Positions 1-9,483 of a DNA stretch of 64,000 bases are shown here, one piece after another. The DNA lies in the NCBI GenBank assembly GCA_033582675.1, contig JAVQZY010000017.1:26405-90404 (forward strand), in the 5' to 3' direction. The DNA is from Burkholderiales bacterium. Lineage in GTDB: Bacteria; Pseudomonadota; Gammaproteobacteria; Burkholderiales; SG8-39. A program made the translations under genes and the position numbers. Position 1 is the first letter of the stretch. Every line of letters begins with the position of its first letter. A model generated the notes under the pieces. That model made no database searches. It saw nothing but the letters and a program-made list of their open reading frames with translations, and was not told where the DNA came from.

Positions 1-200
1 ATGCCGCGCGAGGCGCCGGAGGAGATTTCGATCGCGCCCTTGCGCTCGAGCGCTCGCAGGTGCTGCTCGGCGGCGTTCACCGAGCGAAACCCCATGCGCT
101 CGGCGATCTCGGCGCGCGTCGGCGGAAAGCCGGAGATCTCGGTGAGCTCGCGGATGAGCCGCAGGATCTCGGCCTGGCGTTCGGTGAGCGGAGCCCCCAT
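1..200 (-). CDS. lexA: LexA repressor, N-terminal DNA-binding domain (partial, runs off the window; missing from the ORF track)
   Basis: Manual translation from ATG at 200: [66 protein letters not shown], the typical LexA wHTH ([22 protein letters not shown]). Confidence 0.96.
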   Translation of the reverse strand, partial: MGAPLTERQAEILRLIRELTEISGFPPTRAEIAERMGFRSVNAAEQHLRALERKGAIEISSGASRG

Positions 201-215
201 GACGGTGCGTTCGGT

Positions 216-235
216 CGGTGAAATTATATCCAGTA
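216..235 (-). promoter_or_regulatory. lexA -10 element (TATAAT) overlapped by a degenerate SOS box
   Basis: The minus strand reads TACTGGATATAATTTCACCG, i.e. CTG-N10-CAC (one mismatch from CTG-N10-CAG) containing a perfect TATAAT. It is the only AT-rich patch upstream of lexA. Confidence 0.65.
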
Positions 236-265
236 TCGCGCGTCCCGCAAGCGACGCTTCGCCCC

Positions 266-931
266 TCACGCCGGCGCGGCGAGCGGCCGAACGAGCGAAG
301 GCTCGTCGCGCCGGGCGTCGTTCACCGCGCCGCTGACCGGGTAAAGGACGAGCAGCGCCGGATCGCAGGGGCGCAACAAATCGCCGACGTCCGTCGGCGC
401 GCTGCAGTCGAGCCAGCGCTGCCAGTGCTCCGGCGCGACGATGACCGGCATGCGGTCATGCACCGGCGCGAGCGCCTCGTTCGCCCGGGTGACCACAATG
501 GCGCAAGTCTCGAGCGGGCCCTCCGGGCCCGACCAACGTTCCCAGAGCGCGGCGAAAGTGAACAGCTCGCCCGCCCGCGGCCGGACATACCACGGCTGCT
601 TGCCGCTCGGGCGTGCCTGCCACTCGAAGAAGCCGCTCGCCGGCACGAGACAGCGCCGGCGCCGGTACGCGGCGCGAAACGCGGGCTTTTCGGCCACCGT
701 CTCGGCGCGCGCGTTGATCATGCGCGCACCGACCCGCGCGTCCTTCGCCCACGCGGGCACGAGTCCCCAGCGCACGAGCGCCGCCTCGCGCCCGCCGTCG
801 CGCGCGCGCACCGCGAGGACGTCGCTGCCCGGCGCGATGTTGTAGCGCGGCGCGACCGCCGGCACCGCCGCCAGGCCGAACTCGCGCGCGACCACCTCCG
901 GGCTCGCGTGCAGGGCGAAACGGCCGCACAC
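266..931 (-). CDS. SOS response-associated peptidase (SRAP/YedK/HMCES family; abasic-site protecting)
   Basis: N-terminal MCGRF with catalytic Cys2; [39 protein letters not shown] motifs. Confidence 0.95.
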   Translation of the reverse strand: MCGRFALHASPEVVAREFGLAAVPAVAPRYNIAPGSDVLAVRARDGGREAALVRWGLVPAWAKDARVGARMINARAETVAEKPAFRAAYRRRRCLVPASGFFEWQARPSGKQPWYVRPRAGELFTFAALWERWSGPEGPLETCAIVVTRANEALAPVHDRMPVIVAPEHWQRWLDCSAPTDVGDLLRPCDPALLVLYPVSGAVNDARRDEPSLVRPLAAPA

Positions 932-963
932 GGCGCGATATTAGCGCGGGTTAGAATCGGCGC
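932..963. promoter_or_regulatory. Back-to-back leaderless-type promoters for SRAP and pncB
   Basis: Minus: TAATAT (938-943), 6 nt, then GTG. Plus: TAGAAT (952-957), 6 nt, then ATG. No Shine-Dalgarno on either side. Confidence 0.6.
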
Positions 964-2148
964 ATGATCGTCGAGTCGCTGCTCGACACCGACCTGTACA
1001 AGTTCACGATGATGCAGGTCGTGCTGCATCACTTTCCGGGCGCGCAGGTCGAGTACGAATTCCGCTGCCGCACCCCGGGGGCGGACCTTTCGCCCGACGT
1101 CGAGACGATCCGTGCCGGCGTCGAGGACCTTTGCCGGCTGCGCTTTCGCGAGGAGGAGCTTGCGTACCTGCGCGGCCTGCGCTTCATGAAGTCCGATTTC
1201 GTCGATTTTCTCGGGCTTTTCCACTTCAACCCGAAGTACATCCGCGTCGAGCGCTCGCCCGAGCCGCCGGGACTGGCGATCACCATCCGCGGCCCGTGGC
1301 TGCACACGATTCTCTACGAGATCCCGGTGCTCGCGATGGTGTCCGAAATCTACTTCCGGCGCACGCAGCCGCGGCCGGATTTCGAAGAAGGGCGCCGGCG
1401 CCTGGCCGCCAAGATCGCGCTCGTGCGCGATCTCGAGCCGGACCTCGACTTCCGCATCTCGGATTTCGGCACGCGGCGACGCTTTTCGCGCGCCTGGCAC
1501 GACGAAGTGGTCGCGACGCTCAGGCGCGAGATCCCGGAGCGCTTCGCCGGCACCTCCAACGTCTGGCTGGCGATGAAACACGGGGTGACGCCGCTCGGCA
1601 CGATGGCGCACGAATACATGCAGGCGTGCCAGGCGCTCGGGCCGCGGCTGCGCGATTCGCAAGTGTTCGCTTTCGACACCTGGGCAAAAGAGTACCGCGG
1701 CGACCTCGGCATCGCGCTCTCCGACACCTACGGGCTGGACGCGTTCCTGCGCGACTTCGACATGTATTTCTGCAAGCTGTTCGACGGCGCGCGGCACGAC
1801 TCGGGCGACCCGTTCGAGTGGGGCGAGCGGCTGATCGCGCACTACCGCAAGAACCGCGTCGACCCGCGCACGAAGACGCTCGTGTTCTCCGACCAGCTCT
1901 CGATCCCGCTCGCGATCGAGATCGCGCGCCGCTTCCGCGGCCGCGCGATCACCGCCTTCGGCATCGGCACCAACCTCACCAACGACCTCGGCTACGAGCC
2001 ACTCAACATCGTGATCAAGATGACCGAGTGCAACGGCCAGCCGGTGGCGAAGGTGTCCGACGCCCCCGGCAAGACGGTGAGCAAGGACCCCGGCTACCTC
2101 GCGTACCTGCGCCAGGTGTTCGGCCTGGAGCCGGCCAAGACCGACTAG
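964..2148 (+). CDS. pncB: Nicotinate phosphoribosyltransferase
   Basis: [49 protein letters not shown] motifs. Confidence 0.97.
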   Translation: MIVESLLDTDLYKFTMMQVVLHHFPGAQVEYEFRCRTPGADLSPDVETIRAGVEDLCRLRFREEELAYLRGLRFMKSDFVDFLGLFHFNPKYIRVERSPEPPGLAITIRGPWLHTILYEIPVLAMVSEIYFRRTQPRPDFEEGRRRLAAKIALVRDLEPDLDFRISDFGTRRRFSRAWHDEVVATLRREIPERFAGTSNVWLAMKHGVTPLGTMAHEYMQACQALGPRLRDSQVFAFDTWAKEYRGDLGIALSDTYGLDAFLRDFDMYFCKLFDGARHDSGDPFEWGERLIAHYRKNRVDPRTKTLVFSDQLSIPLAIEIARRFRGRAITAFGIGTNLTNDLGYEPLNIVIKMTECNGQPVAKVSDAPGKTVSKDPGYLAYLRQVFGLEPAKTD

Positions 2149-2149
2149 C

Positions 2150-3367
2150 GTGCGCCTGCGGTCCGCGGCCACCGCGGTGCTCGCGACCTGCTTCGCGCTC
2201 AACTTGCTCGGCCGCGGCATGGGCGACACGTACACCGTGTTCCTCAAGCCGATCGAAGGCGAGTTCGGCTGGAACCGCTCGCAGCTGACGAGCGTGTACT
2301 CGGTGTATCTCCTGGTAAACGGCCTGCTTGCGCCGCTCGTCGGGCTCGCGTTCGATCGCGCCGGGCCGCGTCTCGTCTACACGGCGGGGCTCGCGATCCT
2401 CGGCACCGCGTTCGTGCTCGCGGGTTCGCTGCAGAACCTCTGGCATTTCTACCTCCTCGTCGGCGCGATGGTGGGCGTCGGCGTCAGTTGCACCGGCATG
2501 GTGCCGGCGTCCGCCTTGCTCGCGCGCTGGTACCGCGCAAAGCTCTCGATCGCGATCGGCATCGCGTTCTCCGGGATCGGCGTCGGCACCGTGGTGCTGG
2601 TGCCGTTCGCGCAGTACTTGGTGAGCGGCTGGTCCTGGCGTACGGCGTACCACGCGCTCGGCGTGTTGCTGCTCGGCGCCGCGGCGCTGACCGGCGTCGC
2701 GCTCCCCTGGCGCCGGTTCGCCGCCGGCGATCCGTCCATCGCCCCGGCGCCGCGCCGCGCGGGCGAAGCGGCCGGCGGCTGGACGCTCGCGCGCGCGATG
2801 CGCTCGCCCGTCTACTGGGGCCTCGCGCAGGTGTTCTTCTGCACCGCGACCGGCATGTTCGCGGTGGTCGTGCAACTGGTCGCGTTCCTGATCGATGCAG
2901 GGTTTTCCCCGCTTGCGGCGGCGACGGTCTACGGCCTGACCGGAATGCTGTCGTCGGTGAGCGTCATGTCGAGCGGCTTCGTCGCCGAGCGCTTCGGCTA
3001 CGCGCGCACGGTGACCGCCAGTTTCGCCGGCTCGATGACCGGCGTGCTCCTGCTCCTTGCCGTGCTCTGGCATCCGTCGTGGGTGCTCCTTGCGCTCTTC
3101 GTGCCGGTCTTCGGCCTCTGCATGGGCGTGCGCGGACCGATCATTTCTTCGGTCTGCACGCGCCACTTCGCCGGCCCGCGCGTCGCGACCATCTACGGCA
3201 CGATCTACGCGACCAACGCGCTCGGAGCGGCGCTCGGCTCGCTCGCCGGGGGGCTGCTGCACGACGCGACCGGCGGCTACGTCGCCGGCTGCGCGTTCGC
3301 GCTCGGCTGCCTTGCGCTCGCGGCGGTGCCGTTCCTCGCGGTGCCCGGGTTGCGCGCGTTCCGCTGA
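2150..3367 (+). CDS. MFS transporter (OFA/monocarboxylate-like)
   Basis: 405 aa with about 12 hydrophobic segments; MFS loop motifs GLAFDRAGPR and GFVAERFGY; starts 1 nt after the pncB stop. Confidence 0.88.
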   Translation: MRLRSAATAVLATCFALNLLGRGMGDTYTVFLKPIEGEFGWNRSQLTSVYSVYLLVNGLLAPLVGLAFDRAGPRLVYTAGLAILGTAFVLAGSLQNLWHFYLLVGAMVGVGVSCTGMVPASALLARWYRAKLSIAIGIAFSGIGVGTVVLVPFAQYLVSGWSWRTAYHALGVLLLGAAALTGVALPWRRFAAGDPSIAPAPRRAGEAAGGWTLARAMRSPVYWGLAQVFFCTATGMFAVVVQLVAFLIDAGFSPLAAATVYGLTGMLSSVSVMSSGFVAERFGYARTVTASFAGSMTGVLLLLAVLWHPSWVLLALFVPVFGLCMGVRGPIISSVCTRHFAGPRVATIYGTIYATNALGAALGSLAGGLLHDATGGYVAGCAFALGCLALAAVPFLAVPGLRAFR

Positions 3368-3396
3368 AAGGAAGCCGAGGGGCGCTTTTTCTGCGC

Positions 3397-4577
3397 TCAG
3401 GCCGCGCGCGCAAGGCGCGCGCGGTTTTCGGGCGCCGCGACCGCGATCAGCGCCGCGCGGCGCTCCGCGAGCGTGAGCCCGCGCAGGTCGGCGGCGCCGT
3501 ATTCGGTGACGACGACGCCCGCTTCGCTGCGGGGTGTGGCGACCGGCCCGGAAAGCTCGGCGACGATGCGGTCGGCGCGCACGAGAAGCAGCGACACGCC
3601 GCCGGGGGAGTGGTTCGCCGCGCGCACGAAATCGAGCGCGCCGCCCACCGCGCCGACGTAACGGCCGGCGGCGACCTCGGCGTTCACCTGGCCGGTGAGA
3701 TCGACTTCGAGCGCCGAGTTGATCGCGACGAAGCGCTCGATCGCCGCAAGCACGCGCGGGTCGTGCGTGTATTCGCTCGACCGCACGCGAATCGCCGGGT
3801 TGCGGTGCGCGAACGCGAAGAGCTTTTCGCTGCCGAGGAGCAGCCCGCAGTCGGCTTCTTCGACGATCCCGTCGCGCATCAGGTCGACGACACCGTCGCC
3901 GAGCGCACCACTGTGCACGCGTAGCCGCCGCCGGCCGCCAAGTTCTGCGCACACCGCGTCGGGGAGCGCGCCGAGCCCGAATTCGAGCGTCGCACCGTCG
4001 CCGATGAAGCGGGCCGCATGCCGCGCGATCGCCCGCTCGGCGTCCGAAGGCGCCTTCGGCGGTGCGACCGCCGGTGCACGCGCGGAGCGCACCGCGAGCG
4101 CGAACGCTTCGCGCCGCGAGCCGCCGCTCGCTGTAGGTCCACGGGACGCGGTCATTCACCTCGGCGACGATCGCACGGCAGGCGGAAAGTGCCGGAACCA
4201 GATACTCCGCGGCGATGCCGAGGCTGTACTCGCCGGCCTCGTTCGGCGGGCTCACCTGCACGAGGACGACGTCGGAGGGAATTTTCTTCTCGCGGATGAG
4301 CGCTGCGAAACGCGAATAGGGATGCGGATGGATGTCGAGCACACCGGCCTCCGCGAGCGCCCGATTCGCGCCCGCGCCGCAGTAGGCCGAAAGGCGCAAA
4401 TGGTCGGCGTGTTCCGGCCGCACGATGCCGGCGTAATTCACGCCGAGAAAGAGCCGCGCACCGGAATACGCCGCGCGGCCGGCCACCGAGCGCCTCGGTG
4501 AGCGTTTGCGGCTCGGCCGACGCCTGGCCGATCAGCACGCCGTCGCCGGGCTGAATTACCTCCGTCAGCCGGATCAT
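3397..4577 (-). CDS. Acetyl-CoA hydrolase/4-hydroxybutyrate CoA-transferase family protein (frameshifted)
   Basis: Split over several frames: [16 protein letters not shown] / [18 protein letters not shown] / [50 protein letters not shown]. Shifts near 4485 and 4110-4125. Confidence 0.85.
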
Positions 4578-4582
4578 CGGCG

Positions 4583-4600
4583 GCCGATGCTACCATCGGC
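4583..4600. promoter_or_regulatory. Palindromic bidirectional -10 region between the CoA-transferase and rutE
   Basis: GCCGATG-ctac-CATCGGC; contains TAGCAT (minus, 9 nt before the ATG at 4577) and TGcTACCAT (plus). Confidence 0.5.
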
Positions 4601-4626
4601 GCGCTCTGCGAAGGGAGCCGGACGAG

Positions 4627-5208
4627 ATGCTCGATGACCGCTCGCTCGCCGTTCTGTTCCGCGCCGCGCGCACGCACAACGGCTTTCTCGACCATCCGGT
4701 CACCGATCAAGACCTGCGCGCGCTCTACGATCTTAACTGGGAGTCGACGACGATGAATTCGCAGCCGGCGCGTTTCGTGTTCGTGCGCTCGCGCGAGGCG
4801 AAGGAGAAGCTTCGGCCGGCGCTCAGCCCCGGCAACGTCGAAAAGACGATGGCGGCGCCGGTCACCGCGATCGTCGCCTACGACCTGCGTTTCTACGAAA
4901 ACCTGCCGCGCACGTTCCCGAACAACCCGCACGGGCGCGCGGCGTTCGAGGGCAAGAAAGCGCACATCGCGACCACGGCGCTCAGGAACGCCTCGTTGCA
5001 GGGCGCCTACCTGATCCTCGCGGCGCCGGCGCTCGGGCTCGACTGCGGGCCGATGTCCGGCTTCGACAACGCGGCGGTCGATGCCGCCTTTTTCCCCGAC
5101 GGCCGCTGGACGTCGAATTTCCTCTGCAACCGCGGCCGCGGCGATCCGGCGAAGGTGTACTCGCGCAATCTTCGGCTTTCGTTCGAGGAGGCGTGCCGGA
5201 TCGCATGA
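4627..5208 (+). CDS. rutE: Malonic semialdehyde reductase RutE-like nitroreductase (intact frame, eroded motifs)
   Basis: [58 protein letters not shown]. Confidence 0.8.
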   Translation: MLDDRSLAVLFRAARTHNGFLDHPVTDQDLRALYDLNWESTTMNSQPARFVFVRSREAKEKLRPALSPGNVEKTMAAPVTAIVAYDLRFYENLPRTFPNNPHGRAAFEGKKAHIATTALRNASLQGAYLILAAPALGLDCGPMSGFDNAAVDAAFFPDGRWTSNFLCNRGRGDPAKVYSRNLRLSFEEACRIA

Positions 5209-5316
5209 AGGTCAGCAGCGGGCTTCGTCGAAGAGTTTTTGGCTGCGGCAAGCCCCTGCGCTGGCGCGCTCGCCGAGCGCGCAGGGCGCAAGAGGCGATG
5301 ACGTCGTGAAGCTCCG

Positions 5317-6156
5317 TTGCCTTTCGCGCAGATGGACGTCTTCGCCGAGGTGCCGTTCGGCGGCAATCCGGTGGCGGTGGTGTTCGAGGCCGATGCGCTG
5401 ACAGGCAGCGAGATGCAACGTATCGCTGGCTGGACGAACCTTTTCGAGACGCCCTCCGCGCTCGTGCCGCGGGACGCCCCAGCCGCCAACCGGCTGCGCA
5501 TCTTCACGCCTCGCGCGGAGCTTCCCTTCGCCGGTCCTCCGACGATCGGCTCGGCACCTGCGGTCGTCGAGGCGGGCATCGCGCGACCGCGGAGCAGGCG
5601 CCTGGTGCAGGAGTGCGGCGCGGGCCTGCGCGAACTCTTTTTCGACGGAGGAGCGATTGCGCTCAAGGCGCCAGCGCCGCGGCCCGCGGCGTTTTCGCCG
5701 GCGCGTGTGCCGGATCTGGAGAAAAAGCCTTGGCGCAAAAGTGCGAAGCGAGCCCGAACCGTGGGTCTCGGCCCGGTGTGGATAGTCGCCGGGCTTGCGG
5801 ATACGGATGGGGTGGATGCGCTTCGCCCGGATTTCGCCGCGACCGCTGCCCTGAGCGACGCGGTGCCGGCGACCGGCGTCACCGTCTTCGGCGAGGCGCG
5901 CGAGGGCGAGGCCGCCGTGCACGTGCGCTCGTTCGCGCCGGCGCATGGGGTCCCGGAGGATCCGGTCTGCGGCAGCGGCAACATCAGCGCTGCGGCGTAT
6001 CTGCGCGCAAGCGGCGAGGCAAAGCGCTTCGGCGCCTCTTGCCGCGCAGGTCAAGGCATGGCGCTCGGCCGCGTCGAGATCCAGTTCGAAGCGGGCGATA
6101 TCTTTCTCGCCGGGCGCGCGCTGACTTGCGTCCGCGGGACCTTGCGCGTCCAATAG
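5317..6156 (+). CDS. PhzF-family isomerase, probably degenerate; start uncertain
   Basis: DVF....GGNPVAVV, RIFTP..ELPFAG.PT.G, VRSFAP..GVPEDPVCGSGN. The conserved His of AGHP is replaced by Pro. Confidence 0.8.
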   Translation: MPFAQMDVFAEVPFGGNPVAVVFEADALTGSEMQRIAGWTNLFETPSALVPRDAPAANRLRIFTPRAELPFAGPPTIGSAPAVVEAGIARPRSRRLVQECGAGLRELFFDGGAIALKAPAPRPAAFSPARVPDLEKKPWRKSAKRARTVGLGPVWIVAGLADTDGVDALRPDFAATAALSDAVPATGVTVFGEAREGEAAVHVRSFAPAHGVPEDPVCGSGNISAAAYLRASGEAKRFGASCRAGQGMALGRVEIQFEAGDIFLAGRALTCVRGTLRVQ

Positions 6157-6160
6157 CGGG

Positions 6161-6580
6161 GTGGCGCCGCTTTCCCTCGAAGTCATCGGCTGGCTGTACG
6201 CACTGGTGTGCGGCGCGGCGCTGCTCGCCGGCGCCTGGATCGTGATCGCGGTGCATCTGCGCGGCGACCGCGCGCAGCTCGCCGCGCGCGTCGTGGACGA
6301 CTCGATCCTGTTCGGTCTGTGGCTGATGGGATTCGCCGGCGGGGTCGGCCTGCTCGTCGGCTGGCGCTGGAGCGGACCGCTCCTCGAACTCTTTTGCTGG
6401 GCCATGGGGGCGCTCGTTCTGCTGAGCGCCTGGACACGCTGGCGCGCCGCGACCCCGCCCCGCACGGGGCTTGCGCTGAGCCTCGCGCTCTTTGTCCTGC
6501 CGGTGCTCGCGGTGCTCGGGGCGACGGTGGCGACGCTGCGCGGCGAAACAGCGTCCGCCGCCTTCGGCGGAGGAGGGTAG
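6161..6580 (+). CDS. Small integral membrane protein (about 4 TM), unknown function
   Basis: 139 aa with four hydrophobic stretches; sits tightly between phzF and the C45 gene. Confidence 0.65.
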   Translation: MAPLSLEVIGWLYALVCGAALLAGAWIVIAVHLRGDRAQLAARVVDDSILFGLWLMGFAGGVGLLVGWRWSGPLLELFCWAMGALVLLSAWTRWRAATPPRTGLALSLALFVLPVLAVLGATVATLRGETASAAFGGGG

Positions 6581-6581
6581 G

Positions 6582-7712
6582 ATGGCGGACATGTTCCCGC
6601 TGATCGAGCTCGCCGGCAGCCCGTTCGATCGCGGCGCCGCCTACGGCAAAGCGGCCCGCGAGCGCATCGGCGTCTCGATCGCGAATTACCGGACGCTATC
6701 TGCCCACGGCGGTCTCGGCTGGGACGAGGCGCGGGCGCTCGCCGGCCGCTACGCGCGCCCGATCCGCGAGCTCGATCCCGCCCTCGTCGAGGAAATCGAA
6801 GGTATCGCCGCGGGAAGCGGCTACGGCCTGGCGGATATCCTCGCGCTCAACTGCCGCACCGAACTCCTGCCGCCGAGTTTTCCGGAGCCGGCCGACGAAG
6901 CATGGCTTGCGGCGGCCCGGCGTGCGGCGGACCTCGGCGAATGCACGGCGATCGCGGTCGAGCCGGATCGGAGCGCGACGGGCGGTGCGCTGCTCGCACA
7001 GAACTGGGATTGGCTGGGGACTCAACGGCAGGCGCTGGTCCTCATTCGTGCGGAGACGGGCTCCACGGCGTACCTCACGCTCACCGAGGCGGGCATGCTC
7101 GCGAAGATCGGTCTGAACGGCCACGGGCTCGGCGTATGCCTGAACATCCTGCGCTCGCGAGACGACGGGTTGCGCCCTGGGGTGCCGGTGCACGTGCTGC
7201 TTCGCAGGCTCCTTGAGTGCCGGAAGGTCGGCGAAGTCGAGGCGCTCGTCGGGCGCCTGCGCTACGCGGCCTCGTCGAACGTCCTTTGCGCCGATGCCGC
7301 GGGCGGCATCGCGAGCTTCGAGCTCTCGCCCGCCGGCGCAGGCGTCGTGCGCGCCGAAGGCGGCGCGCTCTGCCACACCAATCACTTTCTCGACCCGGCG
7401 CTCGCGGCAGGCGAAGCGGCGCCCGCCGAGAGCCTGTCGTCGCGCCCGCGCCTCGAGCGTGCGCGCGCATTCGTCGCCTCGCGGGCGACGCTCGGCCCGC
7501 GCGACCTTCAGGCACTGCTTCGCGACGAAAGCGACGGGCGGTTGTCCGTCTGCCGGCGGCCCGACCCGCAGGCGCCCTGGTATCTGCGGATCGAGTCGGT
7601 CGCCTCGGTGGTGATGGAGCTTGCGCGCGGCGCGATGCACGTCGCGCCCGACGTGCCCTCGCGCTGCGACTACCTCGAGGTCGCGTTGGAGGCGCAGATG
7701 GCGCTCGCGTAG
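6582..7712 (+). CDS. Peptidase C45 family Ntn-hydrolase/acyltransferase (isopenicillin-N acyltransferase-like)
   Basis: GSPFDRGAAYG, EEIEGIA.G, ALNCRTE, GE-CT autoproteolytic Cys, LAQNWDW, TEAG...KIGLN..GLGVCLN, HTNHF; SD GGAGGG before the ATG at 6582. Confidence 0.9.
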   Translation: MADMFPLIELAGSPFDRGAAYGKAARERIGVSIANYRTLSAHGGLGWDEARALAGRYARPIRELDPALVEEIEGIAAGSGYGLADILALNCRTELLPPSFPEPADEAWLAAARRAADLGECTAIAVEPDRSATGGALLAQNWDWLGTQRQALVLIRAETGSTAYLTLTEAGMLAKIGLNGHGLGVCLNILRSRDDGLRPGVPVHVLLRRLLECRKVGEVEALVGRLRYAASSNVLCADAAGGIASFELSPAGAGVVRAEGGALCHTNHFLDPALAAGEAAPAESLSSRPRLERARAFVASRATLGPRDLQALLRDESDGRLSVCRRPDPQAPWYLRIESVASVVMELARGAMHVAPDVPSRCDYLEVALEAQMALA

Positions 7713-7738
7713 GCGCGCCTCCCGGAGGGGGGATGTGC

Positions 7739-7930
7739 ATGGACGAGAAGGCGGAAGCGTTGCGCACGTACGCCGCGCTCGCGGGCGTCGCGATCCCGCA
7801 GGCGCGAATCGGCGCGATCGCCGAAACGCTCGCGCGGCAGCTCGCGGCCGAGCGCGCGGCGACCGGCACGCTCGAATTCGAGGTCGAACCGTCCTCCTTC
7901 CTCGCGACGCTCGCGCGAGGCGCGTCGTGA
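7739..7930 (+). CDS. 63-aa GatC/AtzG-like small amidase partner protein (not called separately in the ORF track)
   Basis: MDEKAEALRTYAALAGVAIPQARIGAIAETLARQLAAERAATGTLEFEVEPSSFLATLARGAS; SD GGAGG upstream; stop overlaps the amidase GTG (GTGA). Confidence 0.6.
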   Translation: MDEKAEALRTYAALAGVAIPQARIGAIAETLARQLAAERAATGTLEFEVEPSSFLATLARGAS

Positions 7931-9340
7931 GCGAGCTTCTGCAGGCGGGCGCGGCAGAACTTGTACGGCTGCTGCGCGCGAAAAAGGCGAGCGCCCGCGA
8001 AGTCATGCAGGCGACGCTCGCGGCGGCCGAGCGAGCGCAGGCGCGGTTCAACTGCTTCGTGCGCATCGATGCGGAGGAGGCGCTCGCGGAGGCCGACGCC
8101 GCGGACCGCAGCCTTGCGCGCGGCGCGGTCGCCGGCCCGCTTCACGGCGTGCCCATGGCGCACAAGGACATGTCTCTATCGCGAAGGCGTCGCCTCGAGC
8201 CTCGGCTCGAGGATCGGTCCCGCGCGCCCCGCCCCTACCACCGCGACGGTGCTCAAGCGACTCGATGCCGCTGGCGCGATCCAGTTCGGCGTCCTTCACA
8301 TGACCGAGTTCGCCTACGGGCCGACCGGGCACAACTATCACCTCGGCCACTGCCGAAACCCGTGGAATCCGGCGTACATCACCGGCGGCTCTTCCAGCGG
8401 CTCGGGCGCCTCGGTCGCCGCGCGCGCGAACTTCGCCGCGCTCGGTTCGGACACCGGCGGCTCGATCCGGCTGCCGGCGCATTTCTGCGGCGTGTCGGGA
8501 CTCAAACCCACCTGGGGGCGCGTCTGCGCGCGGCGCGATGCCGCTCGCGTATTCGATGGACACGGTGGGGCCGCTCGCGCGCACGGTCGAGGACTGCGCC
8601 CTTCTTTTGCATGCGATCGCGGGCGAGGATCCGCTCGATCCGACGAGCAGTCCGCTTCCGCGTCCCCGATTACGTCGGGGAGCTGGGAGCGGCCCGTCGA
8701 GGGCCTGCGCATCGGGGTTCCCACGCGCTATTTCTACGACAGCATCGACCCCGCGATCGAGCGGCCGGTGCGCGAGAGCCTCGACGTGTTCGCCTCGGTT
8801 GGCTGCCGCATCGTCGAAGTGGAGCCACCGGACCTCGAGCCGTGGAACCACGCGGGCACCGCGATCATCGCTGCCGAGGCGGCGGCGCTGCACGCGCGCT
8901 GGTTGCGCGAGCGGCCGCAGGACTATTCCGAGCAGCTGCGCGCGCGACTTGAGCTCGGCGCCTGCATCGGCGCCGTGCAATACATCAATGCGCTCCGGCT
9001 GCGCGACCGAGCGCTCAAGCAGTGGCTCGCGCAAGTGATGTCGAAGGTCGACGCGCTGCATGCGCCGGTCGTCTCGTTCGCGACGCCGACGGTCGCCGAG
9101 ACCGACGTGGGGGGCGGTGCGCGCATGACCGAAGTGCTCGCGCGCGTGACGCGGCTCGTCAGGCCGGCGAACTTCCTCGGCGTTCCGGCGCTCGCCGTCC
9201 CGTGCGGCTTTCAGCCGAACGGGCTGCCGTGCGCGTTCCAGCTGATCGGGCGCCCCTTTGCCGAGGCGCTGCTGTTGCGCCTGGGTTACGCCTACCAGCG
9301 CGAAACCGACTGGCACCGGCGCGCACCGGCGGGCGGCTGA
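7927..9340 (+). CDS. Amidase signature family enzyme (GatA/AtzE-like), frameshifted
   Basis: GPLHGVPMAHKD, RNPWN...TGGSSSGSG, GSDTGGSIRLPA..CGVSGLKPTWGRV, SMDTVGPLARTVED, GLP.AFQLIG. Shifts near 8172, 8525 and 8655-8685. Confidence 0.92.
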
Positions 9341-9483
9341 CGCGCCCGCCCCGCACCGGTCGCGAGCGAACGCCCGGCGGAGCGCGGCAGGTTGCGGATT
9401 CGGATCGCACGCCTGCGGCGCTGCGCGGCGGCGGCTGCAGAGTAAGATTCGCGCAGACATCGAGACGCCGAGGAGGGCAGTGC

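Noticed and set aside
7739..9340. gatCA of the Glu/Asp-tRNA amidotransferase
   Set aside because: No gatB is adjacent, and the amidase has HKDM/MTEFAYG rather than the GatA-type KDN/MDEFAMG.
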